From: Obrimoposthia wandeli
Lineage: Eukaryota
Assembly (NCBI GenBank): GCA_977020255.1
Contig: CDROCS010002147.1
Coordinates: 248,001-312,000, forward strand
Reading direction: 5' to 3'
Length of the DNA stretch: 64,000 nt
Both the position numbers and the translations under genes were made by a program. The notes under the pieces were generated by a model that saw nothing but the letters and a program-made list of their open reading frames with translations, was not told the origin of the DNA and searched no databases. The stretch's first letter is position 1; each line of letters begins with the position of its first letter. Below, piece after piece: positions 61,160-64,000 of the stretch.

Positions 61160-64000
61160 AATGTTTGGTTATCGGAAGAAAATATGAGTCACGATAGTTT
61201 AGGGGTAGAATGCGCGACTTGCAATAAAAATGTATATCTTGATAAAATAAGAATCATGTGACGAGCTCAGACAATTTGGATGAACAAAAGGCTTGTACAA
61301 ATAATTCTTGTAGAAGTTATTAATAAAGTGAAGCGGCATTACAAAGTGTAAAAATTATATGAAATTTTTTTAAAAATAGAAAATGTCTACGTATGGTAAT
61401 TCTGGATATATCTCAGCATTTAACATATAAGAGTTGGAAAATATCGGAAATTATCGGAATCAAGGGAAAGAAGCTGGATTGGTTTAAAATGTATTTACTT
61501 TTGTGTAAACAATGGCATAATTGATGACACTGTCTCAGATCCTGAATACTTAAAATTCAATTTAAACTTCGTAAATTGTGATTATTTGTAAGAAATAAAT
61601 TGTTCATATTCACTTTTGATCTTATGATACACAGCTTGACGTTGATTTTGTTTCTAATGACATTTTCTAAAATAGTTATATGGAGGAAATCAAGACAGTT
61701 GAAGATAAATGAAAATAAAACTGAGGCTTTATTTTTTTATTCTAAGTTTCAGACACATCCATGAAAATATGATTAATTTAGGACTTTTAAAAAAATAATG
61801 TGATAAGAACATGCACTTATGAAAAAGATTTACCTAATTAGAAAATACCTTACTAATGAGATAACTACATTACTAACGTTGCAATTATAAGATTAAGACC
61901 TGATTTTCAAAATTCTTCACTGTTTAATTCACAGCTTTAATACACCTACATAAAGTTTTAAACAAAACCATCAGAATTATAATCAAATTAAATGCTAGTA
62001 CAAGTAAACACTCAATTAAGCTGCCTTGGTACTGATCAGGTCAGAATTTAATTAAAGTTTCCACTTTTTATCAAAAAAGTATTCTCTTACAAAAGCAAAA
62101 ATATGTATATCATCTTCTCGAACCAGTTGCAGTGAGCATGCACATACATCTTAGGAGTAACGATGATCTGCAATGATTGGTCAAAACATTTTCAAATAAC
62201 AATGATAATTTACGTTTTTCAGTCGTGTTTGATATGAGCTGTTAATACGAAACAAATTAATAATTACAATAACAAATCCATTCAAATTTCAATCAATAAT
62301 AAAATTGGAAATTTCCATGCTTCACGGTTGTTCGTTGTCCTTAATGAGTTTGAAATAAGACAAGTCATACCAAATATTGCAATATCCGTATAAGAACCTA
62401 GAAATTAATTAAAATTCGTGTCACCTTGACAATATAGAATTCATAGAAATAATCATTTACCAGCGTGATTTTTACATTATTAGGCAAGGTGATATGAATA
62501 AAAAAATTAAAATGATAAATTTATCGGAAAATTATGAAAACTCTATCAAAATAGTTAATTACTTTTATATTTGTAAGTTTTAATTTATACAATTAAAATT
62601 ATATTCTAACGAATCAATAGTATTTAATTTTTCCCAAATTAGAACTTTAAAGATCTTTATTTTATTTAAAAAAGAAATTTTAATATACTTCATAAATAAA
62701 CTAAATAATCTAATCATTTATCTTTACTATAAAGTAGTTTACTTATTATTAAAAGTAGTTTGAAACTTGTATTTATTGACATTGAATTGTTTCAAGTATG
62801 TGAAGTTGGCGTCATTGCTACAATTAGAAAAGCTATTTTGTCACATTTGTCCCATAACTCAATTTATTAATGTTTAAGTTTCATTATTAAAATAAAATCA
62901 ACATTTATCTTCTATCGAAAATTTAATAGCTCAGTTTCATTTCTATTGGATTAAATTTTAAAAGTAGGTTAGCCATTTTCGATTATAATTTTACAATCTT
63001 TATTATTAATCAAATGGGTTTAATAATTATTAACGTTAATATTTTGTAATAGTAAGGCTAAATTCGTTCAATTTTGTTTACAATTTTTAAATTTAAAAAA
63101 TATCCAGATTTTAAAGTAAAAATTGTACTGCAACTTGCATATGTGTGCCGTTAAAAAGGTCTAAAGCATTATATAAAACAAATTTTATTATACATAGTTT
63201 AAATAATGATTGACCCACTCAAGTTACATATTGGATGGCTGTTCGGCCGTCGGAGCATCGTCGTACATGTTCAGGTTGTCTTCGTTGTTATCATCGCATT
63301 TGTTGCCATCAAGATTTCTTTGACGACTTGGATTTTTACTCATATTTTCATGCGGAAATAGTAGAGTAAGTTATACGCGGAGAAATGCAGTATGCCCGAA
63401 GAGTAAGGATGGTCGTAAGAAAGTCAAAGTCGAGTTGATTAATTTGGTTTAAGGACTGTGTGTTGCCTGGCATTGTCTCGTAAGAAAAAGCGAACGCGTG
63501 CGTATTTTCTCATAAGAAAAGCAACAGCCAACATGTCTAGATATTGGAAATCTGGTTCTGAATTCATTGACTGTCTTTCTAGTAGAATTTCAAATATAAT
63601 CAGACATAGAATTGCAAAATACAGAGGTTAAAAAAAATTTGTTGTGATTCTTAGTATTATCAGTGATTCTCAACCTATTTATCATAAATGCTTCTTGAAA
63701 CCAAAAATTATTTTCCATGCTCCTTTAAAAAAATGGAAACAATAAATTATATATTCGAAACACGTTTTTTAAAATTATATCGATATTTTCACAAAACAGT
63801 CTGATACACAAGAATGTAGTAAAATAAAGTCACTATTGTGAGCCCTGAGGTTGAAGATTTGCAGCCAAACTGTGAACATCTGGTTCTTTCTTCGACAAGT
63901 TTAGGCTCAAGTTACCCCATTTGACAATGATTTCTATGTTTAGTTAATAATTGGTTAACTGTACTAAATCCATACTCAACTAAATATGAAGAAGGAAGGC

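Noticed and set aside
63230-63540. GC-rich decayed coding-like island
   Set aside because: No long frame or motif; origin unknown.
63661-63865. CAGTGATTCTCAACCT hAT-like left end
   Set aside because: The right end is only a partial match (AGGTTGAAGA) and no 8-bp TSD was found.

Overview
64 kb of very AT-rich eukaryotic genomic DNA; the one host gene looks animal-like, but the taxon cannot be fixed from the sequence. That gene is a 5'-truncated, intronless, divergent cAMP-dependent protein kinase catalytic subunit at the left edge (2-898). The rest is a dense transposon graveyard. It holds one structurally complete but mutated Ty3/Gypsy LTR retrotransposon (33622-38592; 183-bp LTRs, ATTAC TSD, tRNA-Leu PBS, PPT), two deleted relatives, another Gypsy RT-RH relic, two copies of a composite hAT MITE, and remnants of mariner, Tc1, pogo/Tigger, piggyBac, hAT and probable Chapaev-type transposases. 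The most interesting signal is a Polinton/Maverick footprint that the ORF track misses. (i) Two tiny non-coding elements with AGTA...TACT termini, ~150-bp TIRs and 6-bp TSDs: 29202-30740, rich in AP-1-type sites, and 53470-53910, built of nested palindromes. (ii) Two relics of protein-primed DNA polymerase B. (iii) A decayed Polinton-type packaging ATPase next to a decayed intronless BIR-UBA-RING inhibitor-of-apoptosis gene, followed by a candidate terminus. All family assignments come from manual translation and remembered motifs; no database search was run. Boundaries of decayed relics are approximate.
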